Of a DNA stretch of 64,000 nucleotides, positions 38,189 to 48,560 are shown one piece after another. The notes under the pieces are model-generated. The model was not told where the DNA came from. It did not search any database and was given only the letters and a program-made list of their open reading frames with translations. The DNA comes from a phage, in the sequence record PZ445437.1, one strand, 5' to 3'. The position numbers and the translations under genes are program-made. Position 1 is the first letter of the stretch, and each line of letters opens with the position of its first letter.

Positions 38189-38478
38189 TTGCTCACCATA
38201 TTAATGTAAGTATATTCAATACATTCAAGACCCAAAGGATTCTTGAAAATATCATATTCAAGAGGACCTTTTTCCGTTTCAATAAAGAAATCAAAATTTA
38301 CTGTATTAAATTTACGGTCTTCCTTCACTAATTTAACCTGAGAAGATGAACGGTCAATGTAAACCTTTTCAACTTCAAAACATGTTAAAATGCCATAATC
38401 ATCAATCAAGGCTTTAGCTGCTTCTTGATCATATTTATATCCATTTTCAATGGATGATACTTTAGCATAAAGAATCAT
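38185..38478 (-). CDS. hypothetical protein
   Basis: 97 aa ORF, stop overlaps downstream start. Confidence 0.4.
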   Translation of the reverse strand: MILYAKVSSIENGYKYDQEAAKALIDDYGILTCFEVEKVYIDRSSSQVKLVKEDRKFNTVNFDFFIETEKGPLEYDIFKNPLGLECIEYTYINMVSK

Positions 38479-38480
38479 TA

Positions 38481-38891
38481 TCAGCCTCTATCAACGATAG
38501 CATGAGTATGGGCATTTACGATTTGCCACCAGTCGAAACGATTGGAACCATAATCTGGTTTATTTTCATTTTCTTTAATGATATCACGCAACTTATCTTC
38601 TGTTTCAGCATACGCAATTAAATCATCATATCCACCGCAAGGATAATAATTATCACCTGCGAATAAAAGAAAATTTACCTTAGATGGATTTACGTAATAA
38701 TGGTCTTTAGGATATTTAGTTCCTCTCCAATCAGTTACTTCAACATAACGGTAAGAAAATCCATTTTTACTTTCAATCCAACTCCACGCTTCAAAAGGAG
38801 TATTAAAAACTTTATCAGGTATTAAATTACCTTCAAAATGAGAAGGATTTGCATAATCCCCGGCATAAACATAATATTCGTTAATACTCAT
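38481..38891 (-). CDS. hypothetical protein
   Basis: 136 aa ORF, aromatic-rich. Confidence 0.45.
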   Translation of the reverse strand: MSINEYYVYAGDYANPSHFEGNLIPDKVFNTPFEAWSWIESKNGFSYRYVEVTDWRGTKYPKDHYYVNPSKVNFLLFAGDNYYPCGGYDDLIAYAETEDKLRDIIKENENKPDYGSNRFDWWQIVNAHTHAIVDRG

Positions 38892-39077
38892 TTATTCACC
38901 TTTAGAAATTTTATCCATAACGATAGCGATTAAACCAATTAAAAATGCTACTACAAGCGAAAACACATTTTCTGCTGTAGTTAATAATCCGCATATAAAT
39001 CCAACAAACATTGAAAAACTAAAAGCGGAAGCAGAAATTGCAATAGCAACATTTCGAATTAATTCACAACGTTTCAT
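38892..39077 (-). CDS. small membrane protein
   Basis: 61 aa with two hydrophobic helices; RBS GAGGAGAA before the ATG. Confidence 0.4.
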   Translation of the reverse strand: MKRCELIRNVAIAISASAFSFSMFVGFICGLLTTAENVFSLVVAFLIGLIAIVMDKISKGE

Positions 39078-39105
39078 TTTATTCTCCTCAGTAGTAGATA
39101 GGGTA

Positions 39106-39135
39106 ATAGTATCACTACCCTATCTAAAAGTAAAC
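39106..39135 (-). promoter_or_regulatory. T4-type early promoter (-35 GTTTAC, -10 TGATACTAT)
   Basis: Minus-strand GTTTAC at 39130-39135 and TACTAT at 39106-39111; part of a repeated cassette (see 39406). Confidence 0.55.
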
Positions 39136-39369
39136 TTATTTTTTACGAAAAATTGATTTATATTTATCAGCCCATTTCTCGATGACTTTTGCCGGGCCAT
39201 AGATAACAAAATAATCACCAAACTCTTCACCACCGAGTTGACCGAAATTATCTAATGCATCACGAAGAACTCCATGAGGCATTTCGCCCATTTTATCTTT
39301 CTTACCAATGTAAATAAACTCAACTTTTACATCAGCAGCTTCAGCAATAAATTCTTGATACGTTTTCAT
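39136..39369 (-). CDS. internal protein (IPI-like) with capsid-targeting sequence
   Basis: Starts MKTYQEFIAEA at the RBS-preceded internal Met of ORF 39136..39387; 77 aa. Confidence 0.6.
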   Translation of the reverse strand: MKTYQEFIAEAADVKVEFIYIGKKDKMGEMPHGVLRDALDNFGQLGGEEFGDYFVIYGPAKVIEKWADKYKSIFRKK

Positions 39370-39405
39370 TTTATTCTCCAATTTCACATTTGTTTTGATA
39401 GGGTA

Positions 39406-39435
39406 ATAGTATCACAACTAAAACCCTATGTAAAC
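39406..39435 (-). promoter_or_regulatory. T4-type early promoter (-35 GTTTAC, -10 TGATACTAT)
   Basis: Minus-strand GTTTAC at 39430-39435 and TACTAT at 39406-39411; shares GATAGGGTAATAGTATCAC with the promoter at 39106. Confidence 0.55.
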
Positions 39436-39447
39436 AACTTTGTGAAA

Positions 39448-40144
<697 letters not shown>

Positions 40145-40145
<1 letters not shown>

Positions 40146-40870
40146 TATAGTACCTTTAGTGTATTTTTAATTTTAGAAAAAAGTTCTTCAAGAGAACCAT
40201 CGTTTGTAATTACTAAATCGCCATCACGAATTGGCAATCCAGCTTCTGTAATATGTGTATCATTGGATTTTTGACCAGGACGAACTACATGAATTACTGT
40301 AGCACCCATCGCCCTAGCCGCATCCATTTCATGATCTTGACGGGTATCAGGAACGATATAATAATCATAACCTGAGTTAAATTTATCAAGATAATCTAAA
40401 GCAAATAATTTTACCCAGTACATGCGGTCGAAGTTATTAACAATCAAATCCGTACCTAGGGCTTGCATCAGACGACGGACTGACCATTGATCTTCAATAT
40501 TATTTATAACGTCAATAATCTTGTTAAATGCTACGGAATTAACTGATTCTTGTCCTTCGTCATCAAAAACAAACACACCTTTAATCGGGCTTTTACCATT
40601 AAGATAGCAAAATGCTTGTTCCATAATCGTGATTACTTCTAATTTAGTCAGATTTAAATTAGTCTCACGATCATAGTCAATTCCTTCAAACTCTTTACGA
40701 GTTAAGCAAGGATAGTCAGTGTTTGCTGCAAATACTCCCCATGCATAAGCCAATGCATCCTTAATAGGACCAGCAAGTTGGTATTTAACTGCAGAATAAT
40801 TGCTCATGATAAAATCAGCAGTAGTATCTTTTCCACTGCGCTTTACACCGCTTAAAAAGATTAGTTTCAT
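40145..40870 (-). CDS. 1: deoxynucleoside monophosphate kinase gp1
   Basis: P-loop GVKRSGKDT; start taken at MKLIFLSG to give 241 aa. Confidence 0.85.
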
Positions 40871-40919
40871 GTGTTTCTCCTCAAATTTAATTAAGATTAT
40901 AACACACAAAACTGAAGCA

Positions 40920-41450
40920 TTAAACTTCCGCTATAATTTTTCCATCTTTTTCTACTTGAAAATAGGTGTAAGGAATCGTTGCAGTACATACTAAAGCCGG
41001 GTCTGAATCTTCTGTGTAGCTAAATTCTACTTCAGACAGGTCAGAAACCCAAGGCTTATAAAAATTTATTGACATCACGATTTCAGTTTTGCTATTATCT
41101 AAGATGTAAAGCGTAATGTATTCAGGACCTGTTTTTTGAGCAGTATTTTCACCTGTAAGATAGTTACTAGTTCCTAGCATCCATTCATACATTCCTATCC
41201 ACGACTTAAGTTCTTCATCAACTATAAATCTCACAATGAGTGGATCGTATTCAAATGTAACACCTGGTCGTTGTGCTCGGCCAAGTCCAAACGGCCCAGT
41301 CACGGTATCAGTAACAGGTATTCTAATTCCTGGAATAGGAACTGACTGAGCATTTAAAGTAAAAGCAGATGTAGTATTACTATGTGGTATTGATACTACA
41401 AAGTTAGTTGTATTTGCTTGGTTAAAAATTTGTTGCAGAGCTTGCGACAT
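40920..41450 (-). CDS. 3: tail completion / sheath stabilizer gp3
   Basis: ORF 40920..41531; internal Met start gives the 176 aa expected for gp3; T4 gene order 1-3-2-4. Confidence 0.75.
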   Translation of the reverse strand: MSQALQQIFNQANTTNFVVSIPHSNTTSAFTLNAQSVPIPGIRIPVTDTVTGPFGLGRAQRPGVTFEYDPLIVRFIVDEELKSWIGMYEWMLGTSNYLTGENTAQKTGPEYITLYILDNSKTEIVMSINFYKPWVSDLSEVEFSYTEDSDPALVCTATIPYTYFQVEKDGKIIAEV

Positions 41451-41556
41451 ATATTCCTCATAATGCTTTATAACTGTTGGTGGTATAATGGGTCTAAGTC
41501 CCTTCCATTCAATTCCATTTAGAACAAACAACAGAAAAGAATGGAAGATAATAGAA

Positions 41557-42381
41557 TTAGATATTTGACCAGACTTTGTTTGCAGAGAAACGTTTTCCTT
41601 TTGAAACGAACTGCTGAAGTGGCATCAACACAACGTTCGCCCAGTCTTTCGGGGCGATTTCAACAAGGCTACCCATAATATTACCGGGTATATATGCCTT
41701 AATCATTTGGTCTGCACCCCTAAATCCTTTCACTTGACTCCAATCAATTTTTAATTTCGTTTTATTAGTAATAGTAGGTGTATTTGAATATTGCTTTAAA
41801 AGCTCTTCTAGAAATTGCTGACGAGCTTTAGGTGGAATATAGTGCAAGTTCAATCCGTACATTAAATTATGCTTACCTAAACCAAGGTAAATTATCAAAG
41901 GAAATTTATCCCAGTAAGGAAGAGTTTCCTTGTGTTTAGCATCATAAGCAAAAGCATATATTCGTCCCGGCTGCGGGCGAACAACTTTATGTCCTTTTAC
42001 TTGCTTAATAGTTTCAGCAAACCACTTTCTGGTTTTATTATTAATTGCTGCACCTTCATTACGAATTTTATCACGCAATGTTTGTCTGAATGAATTTATC
42101 ATAAGCAGTTGTCTTTCTTGCTTATTGAGTTTATTCATTGGTTTTGATTCAAGTTTTTGAATCTTTTCAGCTGTTTTAATTCCTGAAGCATATTTTGACA
42201 TTGCCGAAGTAAACGTAGAGTATTTGATTCCTCTTTCTTCAGCAAATTGCTTTCCTGTCATTCCTTTTGCTTTGGCCTTTTTATATTCAAGACCTATTTG
42301 AATCCATTTCTTTTCGTTTAATGATTGCTTAACCTTTGGAACTTGGGGAGTGCTTTCATTAATTATTTGAAAAATAGCCAT
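41557..42381 (-). CDS. 2: DNA end protector protein gp2
   Basis: 274 aa basic protein between 3 and 4; length and order match T4 gp2. Confidence 0.8.
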   Translation of the reverse strand: MAIFQIINESTPQVPKVKQSLNEKKWIQIGLEYKKAKAKGMTGKQFAEERGIKYSTFTSAMSKYASGIKTAEKIQKLESKPMNKLNKQERQLLMINSFRQTLRDKIRNEGAAINNKTRKWFAETIKQVKGHKVVRPQPGRIYAFAYDAKHKETLPYWDKFPLIIYLGLGKHNLMYGLNLHYIPPKARQQFLEELLKQYSNTPTITNKTKLKIDWSQVKGFRGADQMIKAYIPGNIMGSLVEIAPKDWANVVLMPLQQFVSKGKRFSANKVWSNI

Positions 42382-42833
42382 TATGCCCCCTTAAAGCCAA
42401 GAGCTCGTAATCCATCTTCTGTTAGAATTCTAAATTTTATTCCACGCTTTTCAGCTAAAGATTGTGCTGCTTTCCATTTATCAGTGTTCACAGACCAGGT
42501 ATAAATTTCATTCATAAATCTTTTCTTCGCTGCGGTTGTTAGATGTGCTGGTTTAACTGGTGGTTGTGTTTCTTTTTTAGGTTTTATTTCAATAAAAAAT
42601 TCTTGTCCAGAAGAATCTTTCATCCAAATATCCATGAAGTATCTACGTTTTTTCCCTTCTGCATTACAAAAATAAGGAATTACTGCTGTTTCACTACCCC
42701 ATGCAATAATTTCTGGATTTTTATCTAACCATTCAAAAAAGAATTTTTCCCAATTTGATCTATACGTAATTTTTTTAGGGTCACCTCTATACTTTGATAT
42801 ATTTTTAGGAACCCATTTTCCAGAATATGCCAT
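42381..42833 (-). CDS. 4: head completion protein gp4
   Basis: 150 aa ORF, first gene of the minus-strand block, divergent from gene 53. Confidence 0.8.
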   Translation of the reverse strand: MAYSGKWVPKNISKYRGDPKKITYRSNWEKFFFEWLDKNPEIIAWGSETAVIPYFCNAEGKKRRYFMDIWMKDSSGQEFFIEIKPKKETQPPVKPAHLTTAAKKRFMNEIYTWSVNTDKWKAAQSLAEKRGIKFRILTEDGLRALGFKGA

Positions 42834-42844
42834 TGGATTCTCCT

Positions 42845-42852
42845 TATAAATA
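42845..42852 (+). promoter_or_regulatory. T4 late promoter TATAAATA upstream of gene 53
   Basis: Exact TATAAATA about 29 nt upstream of the gene 53 ATG, followed by RBS AGGAGG. Confidence 0.65.
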
Positions 42853-42880
42853 GATAATATATTTATAAACAGGAGGGCCC

Positions 42881-43471
42881 ATGCTCTTTACATTTTTTGA
42901 TCCGATTGAATATGCGGCCAAAACGGTGAATAAAAACGCGCCGACTATTCCTATGACAGATATTTTTAGAAACTATAAAGACTATTTTAAACGCGCTCTT
43001 GTGGGATACCGCTTACGTACTTATTATATTAAAGGTTCACCACGCCCGGAAGAATTAGCAAATACTATATATGGAAATCCACAGTTGTATTGGGTTTTAT
43101 TGATGTGTAATGATAATTATGATCCATATTATGGATGGATTACTTCACAAGAAGCTGCTTATCAAGCATCTATACAAAAATACAAAAATGTAGGTGGAGA
43201 CCAAATAGTATATCATGTGAATGAGAATGGTGAAAAATTTTATAATTTAATATCATACGATGATAATCCATATGTTTGGTATGATAAAGGCGATAAAGCT
43301 AGAAAATATCCTCAATATGAAGGAGCACTTGCTGCGGTCGATACGTATGAAGCGGCTGTTCTTGAAAATGAAAAACTTCGTCAAATAAAAATAATAGCAA
43401 AATCAGACATTAATTCATTTATGAACGACCTTATACGTATAATGGAGAAATCTTATGGAAATGATAAGTAA
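42881..43471 (+). CDS. 53: baseplate wedge protein gp53
   Basis: 196 aa ORF; position and length of T4 gp53. Confidence 0.85.
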   Translation: MLFTFFDPIEYAAKTVNKNAPTIPMTDIFRNYKDYFKRALVGYRLRTYYIKGSPRPEELANTIYGNPQLYWVLLMCNDNYDPYYGWITSQEAAYQASIQKYKNVGGDQIVYHVNENGEKFYNLISYDDNPYVWYDKGDKARKYPQYEGALAAVDTYEAAVLENEKLRQIKIIAKSDINSFMNDLIRIMEKSYGNDK

Positions 43472-45182
43472 TAACCTTAATTGGTTTGTTGGTGTTGTTG
43501 AAGATAGAATGGACCCATTAAAATTAGGTCGTGTTCGTGTTCGTGTGGTTGGTCTGCATCCACCACAAAGAGCACAAGGTGATGTAATGGGTATTCCAAC
43601 TGAAAAATTACCATGGATGTCAGTTATTCAACCTATAACTTCTGCAGCAATGTCAGGAATTGGAGGTTCTGTTACAGGGCCAGTAGAAGGAACTAGAGTT
43701 TATGGTCATTTTTTAGACAAATGGAAAACTAACGGAATTGTCCTTGGCACGTATGGTGGAATAGTTCGCGAAAAACCGAATAGACTTGAAGGATTTTCTG
43801 ATCCAACTGGGCAATATCCTAGACGTTTAGGAAATGATACGAACGTATTAAACCAAGGCGGAGAAGTAGGATATGATTCGTCTTCTAACATTATCCAAGA
43901 TAGTAACTTAGACACCGCAATAAATCCCGATGATAGACCACTATCAGAGATTCCAACCGATGATAATCCAAATATGTCAATGGCTGAAATGCTTCGCCGT
44001 GATGAAGGATTAAGATTAAAAGTTTATTGGGATACTGAAGGATATCCGACAATTGGTATTGGTCATCTTATCATGAAGCAGCCAGTTCGTGATATGGCTC
44101 AAATTAATAAAGTTTTATCAAAACAAGTTGGTCGTGAAATTACTGGAAACCCAGGTTCTATTACAATGGAAGAGGCGACAGCTTTATTTGAGCGTGATTT
44201 GGCTGATATGCAACGGGACATTAAATCACATTCTAAAGTTGGCCCAGTTTGGCAGGCAGTTAATCGTTCTCGTCAAATGGCGTTAGAAAATATGGCATTT
44301 CAGATGGGTGTTGGCGGTGTAGCTAAATTTAACACAATGTTAACTGCTATGTTAGCCGGAGATTGGGAAAAAGCATATAAAGCTGGTCGTGATTCATTGT
44401 GGTATCAACAAACAAAAGGCCGTGCATCCCGTGTTACCATGATTATTCTTACAGGGAATTTGGAATCATACGGTATTGAAGTGAAAACACCGGCTAGGTC
44501 TTTGTCTGCAATGGCTGCTACTGTAGCTAAATCTTCTGACCCTGCTGATCCTCCTATTCCAAATGACTCGAGAATTTTATTCAAAGAACCAGTTTCTTCA
44601 TATAAAGGTGAATATCCTTATGTGCATACAATGGAAACTGAAAGTGGACATATCCAAGAATTTGATGATACCCCTGGGCAAGAACGATACAGATTAGTTC
44701 ATCCAACTGGAACTTATGAAGAAGTATCACCGTCAGGAAGAAGAACAAGAAAAACTGTTGATAATTTGTATGATATAACCAACGCTGATGGTAATTTTTT
44801 GGTAGCCGGTGATAAAAAGACTAACGTCGGTGGTTCAGAAATTTATTATAACATGGATAATCGTCTTCACCAAATAGATGGAAGCAATACAATATTTGTA
44901 CGTGGCGATGAAACTAAGACGGTTGAAGGTAATGGAACTATCCTAGTCAAAGGTAATGTTACTATTGTAGTTGAAGGCAATGCTGACATTACAGTTAAAG
45001 GAGATGCTACCACTTTAGTTGAAGGTAATCAAACTAATACAGTAAATGGAAATCTTTCTTGGAAAGTTGCTGGGACAGTTGATTGGGACGTTGGCGGTGA
45101 TTGGACAGAAAAAATGGCATCTATGAGTTCTATTTCATCTGGTCAATACACAATTGATGGATCGAGGATTGACATTGGCTAA
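43455..45182 (+). CDS. 5: baseplate hub / tail-associated lysozyme gp5
   Basis: 575 aa; central T4-lysozyme-like domain (MAEMLRRDEGLRLKVYWDTEGYPTIGIGHL) and C-terminal VxGxxxxx beta-helix repeats. Confidence 0.95.
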   Translation: MEMISNNLNWFVGVVEDRMDPLKLGRVRVRVVGLHPPQRAQGDVMGIPTEKLPWMSVIQPITSAAMSGIGGSVTGPVEGTRVYGHFLDKWKTNGIVLGTYGGIVREKPNRLEGFSDPTGQYPRRLGNDTNVLNQGGEVGYDSSSNIIQDSNLDTAINPDDRPLSEIPTDDNPNMSMAEMLRRDEGLRLKVYWDTEGYPTIGIGHLIMKQPVRDMAQINKVLSKQVGREITGNPGSITMEEATALFERDLADMQRDIKSHSKVGPVWQAVNRSRQMALENMAFQMGVGGVAKFNTMLTAMLAGDWEKAYKAGRDSLWYQQTKGRASRVTMIILTGNLESYGIEVKTPARSLSAMAATVAKSSDPADPPIPNDSRILFKEPVSSYKGEYPYVHTMETESGHIQEFDDTPGQERYRLVHPTGTYEEVSPSGRRTRKTVDNLYDITNADGNFLVAGDKKTNVGGSEIYYNMDNRLHQIDGSNTIFVRGDETKTVEGNGTILVKGNVTIVVEGNADITVKGDATTLVEGNQTNTVNGNLSWKVAGTVDWDVGGDWTEKMASMSSISSGQYTIDGSRIDIG

Positions 45183-45216
45183 TATACTTCCAATGAGCGC
45201 TGATTTAGGAGAATCC

Positions 45217-45711
45217 ATGGAAGGTTCTTCTATCGACGTCACCTTTACCGCTCAATTAGAAACAGGTGAAACGTTAGTATCTATAAATATAACTAGTTAC
45301 GAAGAAACTCCTGGGGTTTTAGTAGAAGAAAATCGCTTATATGGAACATATGAATCTGTGTTTGGATTTGGAAATGACGCGTTGAAATATCGTTTAGGCG
45401 ATGAATTTAAAACTTCTGCTTCATGGGAAGAACTTCCTACTGATTCTGATACTCAGTTGTATTTGTGGAAAGCTCCTCAGAATCTCCAGAAGACATTCAC
45501 TTACGAAGTAACATTAATATATGACTACCAAGAACAAAGTGAATCTGGAGGTTCTGGTAGTAATTCTAGGTCATCTTCTGATACTACTGAACCAACAGAT
45601 CCTCCTGCTCCAGTAAGAAAAACTCTCGTTAAAAATTATACTAAAACTATAGTTGGAAATTGGAGTCGTTGGGCTAATAAACTGAGAGAATATGTCTATG
45701 CAAGACCATAA
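45217..45711 (+). CDS. 5.1: hypothetical protein gp5.1
   Basis: ORF 45154..45711; start placed at the ATG preceded by RBS AGGAGA (MEGSSIDV...). Confidence 0.55.
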   Translation: MEGSSIDVTFTAQLETGETLVSINITSYEETPGVLVEENRLYGTYESVFGFGNDALKYRLGDEFKTSASWEELPTDSDTQLYLWKAPQNLQKTFTYEVTLIYDYQEQSESGGSGSNSRSSSDTTEPTDPPAPVRKTLVKNYTKTIVGNWSRWANKLREYVYARP

Positions 45712-46288
45712 ATATTTTTATTTGTATTCAATAACTAATAAAACAACAGGAAAAATTTATGTAGGCGTCCACAAAACTTCAAATTTGGATGATGGGTATA
45801 TGGGTTCTGGCGTTGCCATTAAAAATGCCATTAAAAAATATGGCATAGATAATTTTTATAAGCATATTATAAAATTCTTTGAATCTGAAAAAGCTATGTA
45901 TGACGCAGAGGCAGAAATAGTCACAGAGGAATTTGTTAAATCTAAGAAAACTTATAATATGAAACTAGGCGGTATCGGTGGCTTCCCAAAACATAACACA
46001 GCGGGTGCTAAAAATGGATTTTACGGTAAATCTCATTCGCGTGAAACTAGATTGAAAATTAGCATTAAATCGTCTAGAAAAAGAGGGCCTAGAGGGCCTA
46101 GAGGTAAAACTCTGAAGATGTGTGGCGCCAATAACCCAAGGTATGGCAAAATAGCCCCTAATGCTAAATCTGTTATTATCAACGGCGTTTTATATAAAAG
46201 TATTAAAATCGCAGCTAAAGCTCTTAATATAAATTATAGTACCTTAAAGGGGCGAGTTAAAGCGGGGTATTATAAATGTCAGGATTAA
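45692..46288 (+). CDS. segC: GIY-YIG homing endonuclease SegC-like
   Basis: 198 aa; [20 protein letters not shown] motif, paralogous to the SegB-like protein; between 5.1 and 5.4. Confidence 0.7.
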
Positions 46289-46569
46289 GTTATGATAAGT
46301 GTGTTACTGCTGGCCATGAAGCGTGGCCTCCAACAGTTGTGAATGCTACACAAAGTAAAGTATTCACTGGAGGAATTGCTGTTCTCGTAGCAGGTGATCC
46401 AATTACAGAACATACAGAAATTAAAAAGCCATATGAAACACATGGCGGAGTGACACAACCTAGAACTTCTAAGGTATATGTCACTGGAAAGAAAGCTGTT
46501 CAAATGGCTGATCCAATATCATGCGGTGATACTGTGGCTCAGGCATCATCTAAAGTATTCATTAAATAG
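46276..46569 (+). CDS. 5.4: PAAR-repeat spike tip protein gp5.4
   Basis: 97 aa Gly/Cys-containing ORF immediately upstream of gene 6. Confidence 0.75.
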
Positions 46570-46577
46570 GATTTAAA

Positions 46578-48560
46578 ATGGCAAATACCCCTGTAAATTA
46601 TCAATTAACAAGAACAGCAAATGCTATTCCCGAGATATTCGTCGGGGGTACGTTTGCTGAAATAAAACAAAACCTCATTGAATGGCTTAATGGCCAAAAT
46701 GAATTTTTGGATTATGATTTTGAAGGCTCAAGATTAAACGTTCTGTGTGACCTTTTGGCTTATAATACGCTGTACATTCAGCAGTTTGGTAATGCTGCTG
46801 TGTATGAAAGCTTTATGCGTACTGCTAACTTACGAAGTTCAGTTGTTCAAGCTGCACAAGATAACGGATATTTACCTACTTCAAAATCCGCTGCGCAGAC
46901 CGAAATTATGTTAACATGCACCGACGCATTGAATAGGAATTACATTACTATTCCTCGCGGAACTCGCTTTTTAGCATATGCAAAAGATACTTCTGTTAAT
47001 CCATATAACTTCGTTTCTACCGAAGACGTTATTGCTATTCGTGATAAAAATAACCAATATTTTCCACGTTTAAAATTGGCCCAGGGACGTATAGTAAGAA
47101 CTGAAATCATTTATGATAAATTAACACCTATTATCATTTATGATAAAAATATTGATAGAAACCAGGTTAAATTATATGTTGATGGAGCGGAATGGATTAA
47201 CTGGACGAGAAAGTCAATGGTTCATGCTGGTTCAACATCAACGATTTACTATATGCGTGAAACTATTGATGGAAACACTGAATTCTATTTTGGCGAAGGT
47301 GAAATTTCTGTTAATGCTTCTGAAGGAGCTTTGACCGCTAATTATATCGGAGGTCTTAAACCTACTCAGAACTCTACGATTGTTATTGAGTACATCAGTA
47401 CTAACGGTGCAGATGCGAATGGCGCAGTCGGATTTTCATATGCAGATACATTAACAAATATAACTGTCATCAATATTAATGAAAATCCAAACGACGACCC
47501 AGATTTTGTCGGAGCAGATGGTGGTGGTGATCCGGAAGATATTGAGCGTATTCGCGAATTGGGTACTATTAAACGCGAAACCCAGCAACGCTGCGTAACT
47601 GCAACTGATTATGATACATTCGTTTCAGAGAGATTTGGTTCTATTATTCAAGCAGTTCAGACTTTCACTGATTCTACTAAACCTGGGTATGCATTTATTG
47701 CTGCTAAACCTAAATCAGGTCTGTATTTAACTACCGTACAGCGCGAAGATATTAAAAATTATCTCAAAGACTATAATTTAGCTCCTATTACGCCATCAAT
47801 TATTTCTCCTAATTATCTTTTTATTAAGACTAATTTAAAAGTCACATATGCTTTAAATAAACTGCAAGAATCCGAGCAGTGGCTTGAAGGTCAAATAATT
47901 GATAAAATTGATCGCTATTATACCGAAGATGTAGAAATTTTTAACTCGTCTTTCGCTAAATCTAAGATGTTGACATATGTAGATGATGTAGATCATTCTG
48001 TCATTGGTTCATCAGCGACTATTCAAATGGTTCGTGAAGTACAAAACTTCTATAAAACGCCTGAAGCGGGTATTAAATACAATAATCAAATAAAAGATCG
48101 TTCTATGGAATCTAATACGTTTTCATTTAATTCTGGACGAAAGGTTGTAAATCCTGATACTGGTTTAGAAGAAGATGTATTATATGACGTTCGTATAGTA
48201 TCAACAGACCGAGATTCTAAAGGAATTGGTAAAGTTATTATTGGTCCATTTGCTTCTGGCGATGTTACAGAAAATGAAAACATTCAGCCGTATACAGGCA
48301 ACGATTTTAACAAATTAGCAAATTCTGATGGACGCGACAAATATTATGTTATCGGTGAAATAAATTATCCAGCTGACATGATTTATTGGAATATCGCTAA
48401 AATTAATTTAACATCTGAAAAATTTGAAGTTCAGACTATTGAATTATATTCTGACCCAACCGATGATGTTATCTTTACTCGCGATGGTTCACTGATTGTA
48501 TTTGAAAATGACTTACGTCCACAATACTTAACTATCGATTTGGAGCCTATATCACAATGA
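46578..48560 (+). CDS. 6: baseplate wedge protein gp6
   Basis: 660 aa, matching T4 gp6 length and order. Confidence 0.9.
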   Translation: MANTPVNYQLTRTANAIPEIFVGGTFAEIKQNLIEWLNGQNEFLDYDFEGSRLNVLCDLLAYNTLYIQQFGNAAVYESFMRTANLRSSVVQAAQDNGYLPTSKSAAQTEIMLTCTDALNRNYITIPRGTRFLAYAKDTSVNPYNFVSTEDVIAIRDKNNQYFPRLKLAQGRIVRTEIIYDKLTPIIIYDKNIDRNQVKLYVDGAEWINWTRKSMVHAGSTSTIYYMRETIDGNTEFYFGEGEISVNASEGALTANYIGGLKPTQNSTIVIEYISTNGADANGAVGFSYADTLTNITVININENPNDDPDFVGADGGGDPEDIERIRELGTIKRETQQRCVTATDYDTFVSERFGSIIQAVQTFTDSTKPGYAFIAAKPKSGLYLTTVQREDIKNYLKDYNLAPITPSIISPNYLFIKTNLKVTYALNKLQESEQWLEGQIIDKIDRYYTEDVEIFNSSFAKSKMLTYVDDVDHSVIGSSATIQMVREVQNFYKTPEAGIKYNNQIKDRSMESNTFSFNSGRKVVNPDTGLEEDVLYDVRIVSTDRDSKGIGKVIIGPFASGDVTENENIQPYTGNDFNKLANSDGRDKYYVIGEINYPADMIYWNIAKINLTSEKFEVQTIELYSDPTDDVIFTRDGSLIVFENDLRPQYLTIDLEPISQ

